Shown one piece after another: positions 41,513 through 51,472 of a stretch of 64,000 bases of DNA. The position numbers and the translations under genes were made by a program. The stretch is from an uncultured Verrucomicrobiae bacterium (GTDB lineage Bacteria > Verrucomicrobiota > Verrucomicrobiia > Limisphaerales > Palsa-1400): assembly GCA_963764165.1 (NCBI GenBank), contig CAVXRD010000004.1:640001-704000 (forward strand), given 5' to 3'. The number at the start of each line of letters is the position of its first letter. Positions within the stretch are counted from its first letter, which is position 1. Under the pieces are notes generated by a model that was not told the DNA's origin, searched no databases, and saw only the letters and a list, made by a program, of their open reading frames with translations.

Positions 41513-43495
41513 TCAGGGGCTGACGATTTCAAAATAATACGCAGGCGTGCCATTGCCAATGGGGCCGTTCCATGAGGCAGTGGAATTGCTCGCCACGAGA
41601 CTGGCGAGTGATTGCCATGCAGGCGGATTAATACCGCCGCTGCCGAGCACTCGATAATTCGCGCCAGGCGTCGCGTTCCACGATAACGTGAATCCCCCGG
41701 ATTGAAGGGCAATCCCAACGGTGATCGGGCCGGAATGGACGGGGCTGATCGTGGCACTGGCGAAAATCCCCAGGCTGGCGTTGTAATAACTTCCGCTTGG
41801 ATTTGTATCCACCCGCACTCCGCGCACCATGTAATAATAGGTCCCCGGTATTGTCTCAGTGTCCGTGTACGAAGAGCCCGTCACAGGCGAACTGTTCACG
41901 CGCGTGAAGGGCCCAGCCGGATCCGTCGAGATATAGATGTTATAGCCGAGCACCGGGTCGGGGCCGGGGCTCCAATTCAAGGCCACCGCGCCCGCGCCAG
42001 CCGTGGCTGCAAGCCCCGAGGGCGGCGCGATGGGATCCTGCCGCAAGGCTGGATCGCCCATAAGAGTAATGTAAACGGCGCGCATGAACGCGTTGCTGGC
42101 GCTTTGGTAAAGCGCGCAATTGTTGGCGCTGAGCCTCGTCCCGTAACCAATCGTCTCTCCCAGTCCCATGTGATGCACGAACCAGTGCGGCTCGCCCACC
42201 ATCATGCAGGCGAGTCCCATGGTGGGGGTCGCCAGAACGGAGCGGAGCAGATCATCCTGGCCATCCCAATTGCCCATGAAGCTTCCGAATAGCATGACAA
42301 AGACACCTTTAGCATCCGATCCGACAATGTCGGTGCTTAGGACTTCGTTGTATTCGCCGTTGGTTCCCAAATAGGTGCACCCATTCAATTCGCCGCCGCC
42401 GTCGCCAAAGACCCAAAGATAATTCGTATCGCCTTCATACAGCATCGACATCCACCGCTGCGGAACCGGCGCGTCGTCCTGAATGTTCGCGGTGATAATG
42501 TTGCTGACGCCGGCGAGCGGATCGGCCGCGCCGACGAAAGGAGTAAAATTGCGATAGCCACTGGCCGCCATGCCGAGAGTGCCATCAACATCTCCGCGCC
42601 GATTTCCCATCAACGCCTGCCGTTGCACTTGTATCTGGTCGGTCCGCCACAAATGATCCTTGTTCAAGTAGTTCCGCAGCAATTCCTGCTCGCTCGGCCA
42701 AGGCTCATAGGATCCCACCCCAACCATGTTGAACATATCCACGCGCCCAACTTCCAGCGCGAGATCAGAAGGAATATAACTTGGCCCATTGGTGGGATTA
42801 TCAGGAATCTCCCAGTCGTCGTTCATCTCGCCGTAATAAGTATCGGCGGGCATCGCGCGCGTGTAATGGCCATCGTAATTCAAATATCCGGATTGCAAAA
42901 TTGGGACGTGGCCGAAAAGAAAAACCGACTGCACATTCGTTGGATCATTGTAGTAGTCGGCTTGAATGATGGAGCGGACGTATTCCGGCGCATCATTGCT
43001 GGAGACATCCTCGCGCACGACATACCAGCCGTCGCCGGTAAGGTCGGTCTGCAACTGGGCAAGCTCATCGTCAAGGCCAAAGGCGGAATTGGTCGCCACA
43101 ACAAGAATCAACGTCCCGCGATTTTCGATCAACGGGACATTGATTCCTGAGTAGATGTAACCGAAACCGGAATAACCGAGGCTGGCATCTTTCACGACCT
43201 GGTATTCATAGCCAACGCCCACTTGGACGTCAGTATCGGTGTAATTGGTTATCGAGCCATCCAACTCGATAACCGGATCCCCCCAATCTGTATCTTCCTT
43301 GGCCTTGCGATAAACTGTGTAGCTGTCGGCGCCATACATGTCCTGAATCCAGTTCAATGTGATGGCCGGCGGATTTGTTTGCAGGTCCGCCGTAAGCTGA
43401 ACCGCGTAAACCCAGGTGGAATCGGCTTTTGCCGCCAAGGCCGCCGCCAGCGATATAACACAGGCTGCCCATGCAAAACATCTTCTATTACTCAT
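41513..43495 (-). CDS. Secreted FN3 + peptidase C25 (gingipain)-like protein with C-terminal conserved domain
   Basis: Signal peptide and FN3-like ends (YTVYRK..W..YTD; PSGLAAT..LNW..GYNIY). Core LFGHVP, PADTYYG, LEVGRVD and LMGDPALR resemble C25 motifs. Confidence 0.6.
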   Translation of the reverse strand: MSNRRCFAWAACVISLAAALAAKADSTWVYAVQLTADLQTNPPAITLNWIQDMYGADSYTVYRKAKEDTDWGDPVIELDGSITNYTDTDVQVGVGYEYQVVKDASLGYSGFGYIYSGINVPLIENRGTLILVVATNSAFGLDDELAQLQTDLTGDGWYVVREDVSSNDAPEYVRSIIQADYYNDPTNVQSVFLFGHVPILQSGYLNYDGHYTRAMPADTYYGEMNDDWEIPDNPTNGPSYIPSDLALEVGRVDMFNMVGVGSYEPWPSEQELLRNYLNKDHLWRTDQIQVQRQALMGNRRGDVDGTLGMAASGYRNFTPFVGAADPLAGVSNIITANIQDDAPVPQRWMSMLYEGDTNYLWVFGDGGGELNGCTYLGTNGEYNEVLSTDIVGSDAKGVFVMLFGSFMGNWDGQDDLLRSVLATPTMGLACMMVGEPHWFVHHMGLGETIGYGTRLSANNCALYQSASNAFMRAVYITLMGDPALRQDPIAPPSGLAATAGAGAVALNWSPGPDPVLGYNIYISTDPAGPFTRVNSSPVTGSSYTDTETIPGTYYYMVRGVRVDTNPSGSYYNASLGIFASATISPVHSGPITVGIALQSGGFTLSWNATPGANYRVLGSGGINPPAWQSLASLVASNSTASWNGPIGNGTPAYYFEIVSP

Positions 43496-43566
43496 AAGTC
43501 AGCAAGACGAACGAATACACCCTGGCGATCAGGACTGCAACCAAGCCACCCAACACTTAGATTTAA

Positions 43567-44181
43567 CTAAGGAATAACAATCGGAGCCCCGAGAGAAAAT
43601 GTGCCAACACACACAATCGGCCCTGTGTTTGTTTCGCTATAAGGCCCGGCCTCCCACGACATGGACCCATTAATGACGGCGTTGGTTGCACCATTTTGCG
43701 TTACAAAACTCTTATATGTAAATGCTGCCCCGGAGGAGTGGGAATTCGGACTTGTGTAAGTGGAATTATCAAACGTGTAAATGTAATCAACCCGGCGCTG
43801 CTGGGTTTGCGTCGCATTTGTTACAGCAGTGCGGCCGAGGGAGCCTTCCGAGCCATAATACAAACCCAATTCGGTGGTAAGGACCTGGCCGGTTGCATTC
43901 GAGATGACCTCAATAGTATCTCCCAGAGAATTCCCGTTGATATGGTAAACCAGTGAAATTGTGCTCAGATCGGTGATGTTCCCAAGGCGCGCGCGGTCAG
44001 CCAGCAACGTCTGATCTGTGATGTGTGTTCCTACAATTGTCCCGACGGCATTCGTCTGATAAGCCGTTCCGGAGAATTGAAACTTATAGAGGTATGGGCT
44101 GGTCGTTTGAGCGCTGCTTGAAGAACCCGCAAGGCCCAGACAGAATAAAATGATTGCAAGAAGTTTTTTCATGATTCCCAT
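43567..44181 (-). CDS. Secreted hypothetical protein, paralogue 3 of 3
   Basis: Signal peptide. Shares YKF.F.G.AYQTN, ITDQ, VYH, GDT, AVTNA.Q and G.FSLG.P with its neighbours. Start may be 44172. Confidence 0.85.
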   Translation of the reverse strand: MGIMKKLLAIILFCLGLAGSSSSAQTTSPYLYKFQFSGTAYQTNAVGTIVGTHITDQTLLADRARLGNITDLSTISLVYHINGNSLGDTIEVISNATGQVLTTELGLYYGSEGSLGRTAVTNATQTQQRRVDYIYTFDNSTYTSPNSHSSGAAFTYKSFVTQNGATNAVINGSMSWEAGPYSETNTGPIVCVGTFSLGAPIVIP

Positions 44182-44188
44182 TCGTTAA

Positions 44189-44809
44189 CTAATATACAGG
44201 CTGACCGAGTGTGAAATGACCGCTGCAAAGCATCGGCCCCACATTGGCTCGAGTTGGTATGACGTCCCAAAACAAAGTTCCGTCGATAAAGAGGTTTGTA
44301 TTGCCTTTGCTATCCGCCACAAATCGCTTCACCGTAAAGGCGCCGCCGAGCGATTCTCCGTTTTCGTAGGTGTAGGGAGTATTGCTGAAGGTGTAAACCT
44401 GATCCACGCGCCTTTGCTCGGTCTGCGTTGCATTGGTCACCGCGTAACGCCCGAGCGTTCCGCTCTCGCCTTGGTAAGCCGAGCCGAAATACAGACCAAA
44501 CTCCGTCACCAGGGTCTGCCCCGTGGCGTTGGAGATAACGTCGACCGTGTCGCCGTAAGGCGGTCCGCCGTTCAGGTGGTAAACGATGGAAATCGTGCTG
44601 AGATTGGTGATGCCGAGACTGGTGGCCTGGCTTTGCAGCAAGGTTTGATCGGTGATGGGCGTGCCGACAATGGTCCCTGCCCCGTTGGTCTGGTAGGACA
44701 TCCCGTTAAAGATGAACTTATAGGCCACATAGGACGACTGCGCATAGGCGCCAACTTCACTGATGGCCAATAATGCCAATGCCAGAAATAATGTCTTCGT
44801 AAGTTTCAT
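44189..44809 (-). CDS. Secreted hypothetical protein, paralogue 2 of 3
   Basis: Signal peptide and the same conserved blocks as 43567-44181. Confidence 0.85.
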   Translation of the reverse strand: MKLTKTLFLALALLAISEVGAYAQSSYVAYKFIFNGMSYQTNGAGTIVGTPITDQTLLQSQATSLGITNLSTISIVYHLNGGPPYGDTVDVISNATGQTLVTEFGLYFGSAYQGESGTLGRYAVTNATQTEQRRVDQVYTFSNTPYTYENGESLGGAFTVKRFVADSKGNTNLFIDGTLFWDVIPTRANVGPMLCSGHFTLGQPVY

Positions 44810-44831
44810 GGAATTTCGCGCGGTTTAAGAA

Positions 44832-45440
44832 TTAGTACATCGGCTCACCGAGGCTGAACGTCCCGGAAACAACAATCGGCCCGTTGGTGCCTTGCGGAGC
44901 CACGCCATAGGACATATTTCCGGTGATGATTGAGTTGGCGAAGCCGTTGGTGGAGGTGACATTAACCTTATGAGTCAGGCACAGGCCCACGGAATCACCG
45001 TTGGAGAACGTGTATTGGGAATTGTCCTGCGTGTAGATGTAGTCCGCCCTCCAAACTTCGTTTTGCACCGCGTTGGAAACCGCTGTCCGCCCGCAGCAGG
45101 TCGAACCGAACCAGAAATTGAATTCCGTGGTGAGGGCCGCCGGATTGTTCGTGTAAATGATATCCACCGTGTCGCCGGGTTCTGAATCGCCGGGATTGCC
45201 CCCGATGTGATAAACAATGGCGACGGTGCTAAGGTCCGTGATTCCCCCGGGATAAGCCCGGCTGGCCAGAAGGTCCTGATCCGTTATCGGCGTGGCAACA
45301 ATGCTGCCGCCCGCGTTGGTTTGATAGGCAAAGCCCTTGAAGATGAACTTGTATTCTGTGTAAGTCTGCCCCGAAACGCTGGCCACGCCGCACAAAAGAA
45401 GCGCTCCCGCCGCCAGGAAATTCATAATTTTCCGTTTCAT
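44832..45440 (-). CDS. Secreted hypothetical protein, paralogue 1 of 3
   Basis: Signal peptide and the same conserved blocks as 43567-44181. Confidence 0.85.
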   Translation of the reverse strand: MKRKIMNFLAAGALLLCGVASVSGQTYTEYKFIFKGFAYQTNAGGSIVATPITDQDLLASRAYPGGITDLSTVAIVYHIGGNPGDSEPGDTVDIIYTNNPAALTTEFNFWFGSTCCGRTAVSNAVQNEVWRADYIYTQDNSQYTFSNGDSVGLCLTHKVNVTSTNGFANSIITGNMSYGVAPQGTNGPIVVSGTFSLGEPMY

Positions 45441-45567
45441 GGCGACGAAATTAATAAGCGCCGCCGCTTTCTGCCATAGGGTCTGTTACGTAGTCTGTCA
45501 GGTGAACGCCCCCGGGGGATTTACCCCGTTGGCGCTTTTTGCCAATGTGTTTTACTGAGCGTCAACT

Positions 45568-46671
45568 ATGAAACGAACGTCACTTAACATTGCAGTCACT
45601 CTGTCGGCGATATCCTTTCTCTCCCCGGCGTTGCACGGCGCGGGCGGAACGGTTACGGCATGGGGCGGGGGCCAGGCGGGCTTCCCTTCCGGGCTTGCCA
45701 GCGTCACCGCCATTTCATCTTCGGTGGATCACAGCTTGGCCTTGAACGCCGACGGAACCGTCACGGCCTGGGGAACGGATTTGGACGGCGACTGCCAGGT
45801 TCCTCCCGGTTTGAGCGGCGTCACGGCGGTGGCGGCAGGCGATTTTTTCAGCCTCGCGCTATTATCCAACGGCACTGTTGTCGGATGGGGCGCGGATGAC
45901 CAAGGCCAATGCGACATTCCCGCCGGGCTGAACAACGTGACCATGATTTCCGCCGGCCACTCTCACGCCCTCGCCGTGCAGGCGAACGGGACTGTTGTCG
46001 CTTGGGGCTGGGGGCCATTCGGCCAAACGAATGTGCCATCGAACGTCCAAAATCCGAAAGCCATCGTCGCCGCCGGCAATCACAGCATGGCGCTTTTGCA
46101 AAATGGCACAGTCGTCGTATGGGGCGTGGATGACACGGGCGAGACGAGCGTTCCAGGAAATCTGACCGGCGTGACGGCAATATCGGGCGCGAAAGGCTAC
46201 TGCCTCGCCGTGCAAAATGGCTCCGTTACAGGCTGGGGCGCTGTGCCAGCGACTCCCCCGAGCTTAAACAATGTCGTGGCCGTCGCGGCGGGTCTTTATC
46301 ACGGTCTGGCTTTGACATCATCCGGCACAGTGGTTGGATGGGGCACCAACCAGGATGGGGAAATTTCCATTCCGTCCGGCTTAAGCGGAGTGAACGAAAT
46401 CGCCGACGGCTATGCCTACAGCCTTGCGCTCTCAGGCGAGACCGGTATTGTCTCGCCAGTGACTCTGACGAACCCAACGTGGCATGGAAACAACTTTACC
46501 GTGTCGTTTCAATCGCAAAACGGTGTTTCCTATACGCTGCAATATACAAAAGGATTCGGCCCCTCCTCATGGACCATTGTCCAGACTGCCAGCGGCAACG
46601 GCGGCAGCTTGACCGTGACTGATTCCGCCGCGAGCGATCCGCAACGCTTTTACCGCGTCAAGGCCCAATAG
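45568..46671 (+). CDS. Secreted RCC1/BLIP-II repeat protein with C-terminal conserved domain
   Basis: Repeats of V.AIAAG..HSLAL..NGTVVAWG....GQ..VP.GL. Ends ...QRFYRVKAQ. Confidence 0.88.
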   Translation: MKRTSLNIAVTLSAISFLSPALHGAGGTVTAWGGGQAGFPSGLASVTAISSSVDHSLALNADGTVTAWGTDLDGDCQVPPGLSGVTAVAAGDFFSLALLSNGTVVGWGADDQGQCDIPAGLNNVTMISAGHSHALAVQANGTVVAWGWGPFGQTNVPSNVQNPKAIVAAGNHSMALLQNGTVVVWGVDDTGETSVPGNLTGVTAISGAKGYCLAVQNGSVTGWGAVPATPPSLNNVVAVAAGLYHGLALTSSGTVVGWGTNQDGEISIPSGLSGVNEIADGYAYSLALSGETGIVSPVTLTNPTWHGNNFTVSFQSQNGVSYTLQYTKGFGPSSWTIVQTASGNGGSLTVTDSAASDPQRFYRVKAQ

Positions 46672-46674
46672 ACG

Positions 46675-47301
46675 GTGAAGGCCACACTCGTTGCATTGGT
46701 GGGTGGCAGCGGTTCCGGCAAGAGCTGGCTATCGGAAAATTTGGAAAAGACGCTCCACCGACAGGTGACGCGAATTTCGCTGGACGATTTTTACCGCGAT
46801 CAATCACATCTCTCGCCGGAGAAGCGGGCGCGCCTTAATTTTGACCACCCCCGCCTCATTGATTGGGACTTGGTGGAGACAGTGCTCACGGCGTGCCGCG
46901 AAGGCCGCCCGGTTTCGATGCCGAGCTATTGCTTCGTCACCCACACCCGCAAGCCCAATGTTAAAAAGGTCAGGCCCCAGGGCGTCATTTTGGTCGATGG
47001 CTTGTGGCTTTTGCGCCGGCCGGGCGTGCGGCGATTGTTCGATTTGCGCGTTTTCATCCACTGTTCGGAGAAACTTCGCTTGAGCCGCCGATTGGCCCGG
47101 GATATCGCCAATCGCGGCAGGGACCTGGCTTCTGTGCGTCGGCAGTTCCGGACGACAGTCGCGCCCATGCATAAAAAATTCGTCGACCCGCAGGCGCGTT
47201 GGGCGGATGTCATTTTTCGCCAGCCGGTGGGCTCGAAGCACGTCGCGCAAGTAGCGCGCTTGATCGAAAAGTTTACCACACCCGCAGTTAACCCACCGTA
47301 G
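46675..47301 (+). CDS. udk: Uridine kinase
   Basis: GGSGSGKS, DDFY, NFDHP, RRLARD..RGRD, V.PMH..FV.P and ADVI. Confidence 0.85.
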   Translation: MKATLVALVGGSGSGKSWLSENLEKTLHRQVTRISLDDFYRDQSHLSPEKRARLNFDHPRLIDWDLVETVLTACREGRPVSMPSYCFVTHTRKPNVKKVRPQGVILVDGLWLLRRPGVRRLFDLRVFIHCSEKLRLSRRLARDIANRGRDLASVRRQFRTTVAPMHKKFVDPQARWADVIFRQPVGSKHVAQVARLIEKFTTPAVNPP

Positions 47302-47371
47302 GGGAACGGATGCGGCGTTCGGGGAATCCCGCCCTTCCCTAACCGTTCCCGCTGCGTAAATTAATGCCAAG

Positions 47372-47791
47372 GTGACAGCGGCAATCTTAATAGTTGACGA
47401 TCAGCCAGATGAGGCGGCGCTCATCAAGCGGGCGGTTCTCCGCCTGAGGCCGTCCGGACCGGTCATCGTTCTTCCAAGCGCCAAGGAGTTGAAGGATTAC
47501 GTCAATGCCGAGGGACGGTATATTGACCGCGAGGCTTTTCCTTATCCCTCATTGATTCTGCTTGATCTGAAAATGCCGGACATGAACGGATTCGAATTGC
47601 TGGAATGGCTGAAGCGCGAGCCGCTGCACGCCGCGGTGCCTGTGATCGTGGTCAGCTCGTTTGACCGGCAGAAAGACATTCGGAAGTCGTATCAACTGGG
47701 CGCGAGCACGTTCTTAAGCAAGCCGGTGAACCCAGAAAGAATCCGCGGGGCCGTCCGCGCGCTGGGGCTGGCGGTTGATTTTGCGGATTAG
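47372..47791 (+). CDS. Single-domain response regulator
   Basis: IVDD, LLDLKMPDMNG and KP. Similar type to 29866-30294. Confidence 0.85.
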   Translation: MTAAILIVDDQPDEAALIKRAVLRLRPSGPVIVLPSAKELKDYVNAEGRYIDREAFPYPSLILLDLKMPDMNGFELLEWLKREPLHAAVPVIVVSSFDRQKDIRKSYQLGASTFLSKPVNPERIRGAVRALGLAVDFAD

Positions 47792-47879
47792 CGCCACGGA
47801 AGGGCCAGACTCGGCTTGGGTCGCGACTGAATTGCGAAGGGGTTTGACGGTATGAGCGGTTCCATGCACCTTGCGGCGC

Positions 47880-48482
47880 ATGGAACTGGATTTGGAAGGC
47901 CAATACGCTGATCGCGCTTACGCGGTGCTCGCCAGCATCGTCGTCCCCCGCCCCATCGCTCTCGTCACAACCTTGAGCCCGGACGGGAAAATTAATGCCG
48001 CACCTTTTAGTTTCTTCAATCTCATGGGCTCGTCGCCGCCTATTCTGGCGGTTGCCCCGGGCGATCGCGAGGATGGAACTCCGAAAGATACGGCCAGAAA
48101 CATCCGTCTCACGCACGAGTTCGTAGTCAATCTCGTCGACGAATCAATCGCTGAGGCGATGAATAAATGCGCGGCCACCCTGCCTTATGGCGAAAACGAG
48201 CTGGTGTCGGCCGGTCTGACATCAACGGCATCTTCTGTTGTTAAACCGCCACGCATCATCGAGGCTCCAGCCAGCCTGGAGTGCAAGGAATGGGGAACGC
48301 TTCAAATCGGCAATAACCGGGTTGTTATCGGATTAATCCGGCGCATTCATTTGCGGGACGACTTGTATGACCCGGAAAAACAGCGTGTGCATTCTGAAAA
48401 GTTGGCGATGATTGGGCGGATGGCTTCACCTCATTGGTATTGCCACACAACGGACCGCTTCGAAATGATTCGCCCCAGGTAA
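47880..48482 (+). CDS. Flavin reductase family protein
   Basis: VVPRPIALVTT, NAAPFSFFN, KDTARNI, EFVVN and PPRI.EAPASLEC. Confidence 0.9.
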   Translation: MELDLEGQYADRAYAVLASIVVPRPIALVTTLSPDGKINAAPFSFFNLMGSSPPILAVAPGDREDGTPKDTARNIRLTHEFVVNLVDESIAEAMNKCAATLPYGENELVSAGLTSTASSVVKPPRIIEAPASLECKEWGTLQIGNNRVVIGLIRRIHLRDDLYDPEKQRVHSEKLAMIGRMASPHWYCHTTDRFEMIRPR

Positions 48483-48703
48483 AAAAAACGGTCAAAGGCT
48501 CGCGTTGCCAAGTCGGGTGGCCAGCGGTTGGCGGCAACCTTTCTCGAATGTTTGGCCCGACGTGCTGTGTCGCTGATCCCCGACTGCTCGCCTCCTATTC
48601 GAGTGAGTCTTCGACCTGTAGCAATATAGCCCGAAGAGCTATCATGGCCAATCGGGGACTTCCCGCAAAACCACTTCCGGGATTTCGAAAATGCCCTTTT
48701 TAG

Positions 48704-48948
48704 GTAGGGACGCCTCGCCGAGATTGTCTCAAAACTACAAAATCCTCAAAGTGTGTCAATACTACTAATCTCTCATTTGCGATATGGCGCATTTTTATTT
48801 TCGGCGAGGGTGTTTTGGTGGTGCTTTTTAAAGCCGTTTTTGAGTTTTGAGACAGTCTCCGCCGAGGCGTCCGGTTGCGTGTGAATGATGCCATGACTTG
48901 CTCGCGAATAACGCCTCAACCCGGATGCCGCGGCGAGGCGTTGCTACC
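48704..48948. repeat. GTAG-type REP pair (left REP interrupted by a MITE)
   Basis: Reconstructed left REP GTAGGGACGCCTCGCCGAGGCGTCC. Inverted partner CCGGATGCCGCGGCGAGGCGTTGCTACC at ~48921-48948. Confidence 0.7.
48720..48859. mobile_element. 140-bp MITE with 17-bp TIRs and 4-bp TSD
   Basis: GAGATTGTCTCAAAACT (48720-36) and AGTTTTGAGACAGTCTC (48843-59), one mismatch. CGCC duplicated at 48716-19 and 48860-63. AT-rich interior. Confidence 0.9.
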
Positions 48949-48965
48949 TTCATTATTGCATCCAA

Positions 48966-50210
48966 TCACTCGGCACAGAGGCGGCTGATGCTGTCTTTCT
49001 GCGCCAATAACCGGGCGCGGCGGCGTGACCAGTTTGTCGCAAAAGCGGGCGAATAGCCATGATGCCGATCCGCCTCGACGATGGCTTGCTCAATATCCTT
49101 CTCCGTCAACGTCGAGCGGTTCATGGCGGCCGCGTGCCATCGGGCCAGCCATAAAATGACCGGATATAACAACGCCAGCGAATTGAATCCCTCCACCAGC
49201 GGAAAATCGTAAAAGGCGCGCCCGCAGAAATGCAGGCTCTGAATTTTGACGCGGAAAAATCGGGTGAGAGTCGCTTCCGCTTCTGGAGGCAATGGGCCGA
49301 ACGATTTCTCAATCGCCCCGAATTCAACCGGGCTTAAATCGGGCGACATCGCGGGTGTTCTCCCGGAAGCGCGAGCAAAACGGATCATTGCGCCCAACCA
49401 CTTCAACCGTTGGCCGATGCCTGCGGCGTTGTCGCCAACGGAATCGCGTCGCGCATACGTGAACACCAGCGTGCGGAATAGCAGCCGATTTATTCCCGTA
49501 ACCCGCGCCACCGCACTGCCGGTCCGGGGAACGTCGGTCAGCGCATTTTGGTAAAGCGCGCCAAGAATCTCGTCGGCCTCGCGCCCGCTCAGATGGTCGA
49601 AATCCGCTTTCTCGATTGCATTCACGACGTGCAAAGCTCGGCGCATTTTCACCGAAACAGTGAGATTCGGGGGCTCCATGATTTTTTCGAGCCATCCGAC
49701 GTAGCGCATGAAATCAGGCCACGACAATCCGCCATCGCGCAGCACGGCAGGCGCAGGAATTTCTGAGAAATCGTCCGACACGACCAATTCCGCCAGGTCG
49801 CGCAAAGCTGGAAGCTGCGCCGGCAATGGTTTGCCGGAATTTGCCGCCGCCGAGGGACAGCTAAACCGGAGGCCCAACGCCACCTTGCCACCCAGCGGAT
49901 GAAATACCAGCGGGTACAACCGGCAGGCGCGCGGCTTCGCTGGTTCGCCAAACCGCGCGTGAATCCGGCATCGCCCCGTCTCATCGAGAAAAACGCACGC
50001 GCCGTCGTCCTTGTGGTTCAGGCGATACTGCCCGTTTTCGAGAACCATTAATGGACCAACGCCGACACCATCTGATTCCTTCCAACCCTGCTCCTCGATT
50101 CGTTGCTTCTCCGCCTCGGAAAGCTCGATCAGGAATCCTCCGCGGCAGCACTGACTGCAGCCGTGGCAGCTCCAATTCTGAATGGAAGGGGTCTCGATGC
50201 GCAATGGCAT
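48966..50210 (-). CDS. YkgJ/CxxCxxCC cysteine-cluster protein (FliB lysine-N-methylase-like)
   Basis: WSCHGCSQCC, GACVFLD, CRIH, KP.ACRLYP and FSCP. Confidence 0.8.
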   Translation of the reverse strand: MPLRIETPSIQNWSCHGCSQCCRGGFLIELSEAEKQRIEEQGWKESDGVGVGPLMVLENGQYRLNHKDDGACVFLDETGRCRIHARFGEPAKPRACRLYPLVFHPLGGKVALGLRFSCPSAAANSGKPLPAQLPALRDLAELVVSDDFSEIPAPAVLRDGGLSWPDFMRYVGWLEKIMEPPNLTVSVKMRRALHVVNAIEKADFDHLSGREADEILGALYQNALTDVPRTGSAVARVTGINRLLFRTLVFTYARRDSVGDNAAGIGQRLKWLGAMIRFARASGRTPAMSPDLSPVEFGAIEKSFGPLPPEAEATLTRFFRVKIQSLHFCGRAFYDFPLVEGFNSLALLYPVILWLARWHAAAMNRSTLTEKDIEQAIVEADRHHGYSPAFATNWSRRRARLLAQKDSISRLCAE

Positions 50211-50435
50211 CTCGCAGATTACTGATTATTTCGTGCGATTTCCAATAATTCGGATGGGAATTATGGGAGTAATGGGAGTAATCCGAAATTCTTTTCGTCT
50301 TGTAAATCCAGTTCATCCTGTCAAATTTTTCATTCTTGTTGACACAGGTTTCCCGCCATTGTCGATTGTAAAATGAATCGCAACCCAAATTTACCGCTTG
50401 CTGTCGGACGCTTAATCAAGTTTTAAGGTTCTACT

Positions 50436-51464
50436 ATGAAAGCGCTCGTTAAACGCAATCGGGAACCGGGGATCTGGCTGGAAGATGTTCCAGAACCCCA
50501 AATGGGTGTCAACGATGTCCTCATCCGCGTCCAAAAGACCGGCATTTGCGGCACGGATCTCCACATCTACAATTGGGACGCCTGGGCTCAACGCACCATT
50601 CCTGTTCCCATGGTGGTCGGCCATGAATTTGTCGGCGAAATCGTTGCCATCGGGGCCAACGTGGCCGATTTCAAACCTGGTGATATCGTCAGCGCCGAGG
50701 GGCACGTCGTCTGCGGCCGGTGCCGCAATTGCCTCGCGGGCCGCCGCCACCTGTGCAAAGACACCAAGGGAATTGGCGTCAACCGCCCAGGAGCGTTCGC
50801 GGAACTTATTTCGGTGCCAATGACGAACGTGTGGTATCACCGCCCTGGCATTGACAAAGACACCGCCTCGATTTTCGACCCGTTCGGCAATGCCGTACAC
50901 ACCGCCCTTACCTTCCCGGTGCTCGGCGAAGACGTCTTGATTACAGGTGCGGGCCCCATCGGCGTCATGGCCGTCGCCATCGCCAAACATTCCGGCGCGC
51001 GTTTCGTCGTGGTGACGGATGTGAATGATTACCGCCTCGATCTCGCCAAAAAAATGGGCGCGACCGTCGCCTTAAACGTGACCAAAGGCAATTTGCAGGA
51101 CACTCAGGCGCAACTCGGAATGAAGGAAGGCTTCGACGTCGGCCTGGAAATGTCCGGCAATCCTTCGGCCTTCCGTGACATGATCGCGAACATGGCCCAC
51201 GGCGGAAAAATCGCCATGCTCGGCATCCCATCGGAGCAAATCGCCATCGATTGGAATACTGTGGTGTTCAACATGCTGACGATCAAAGGCATTTACGGCC
51301 GCGAAATGTATGAGACTTGGTACAAAATGACCGTCATGCTGGAAAGCGGCTTGGACATCTCCCCCGTCATTACCCACCGATACCATTTCACGGAATTCGA
51401 AAAAGGCTTTGCTGCGATGAAGTCAGGGCAATCGGGAAAGGTCGTTTTGGATTGGAGCAAATAA
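50436..51464 (+). CDS. tdh: L-threonine 3-dehydrogenase
   Basis: [40 protein letters not shown] and [15 protein letters not shown]. Confidence 0.96.
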   Translation: MKALVKRNREPGIWLEDVPEPQMGVNDVLIRVQKTGICGTDLHIYNWDAWAQRTIPVPMVVGHEFVGEIVAIGANVADFKPGDIVSAEGHVVCGRCRNCLAGRRHLCKDTKGIGVNRPGAFAELISVPMTNVWYHRPGIDKDTASIFDPFGNAVHTALTFPVLGEDVLITGAGPIGVMAVAIAKHSGARFVVVTDVNDYRLDLAKKMGATVALNVTKGNLQDTQAQLGMKEGFDVGLEMSGNPSAFRDMIANMAHGGKIAMLGIPSEQIAIDWNTVVFNMLTIKGIYGREMYETWYKMTVMLESGLDISPVITHRYHFTEFEKGFAAMKSGQSGKVVLDWSK

Positions 51465-51472
51465 CGTCCCGG

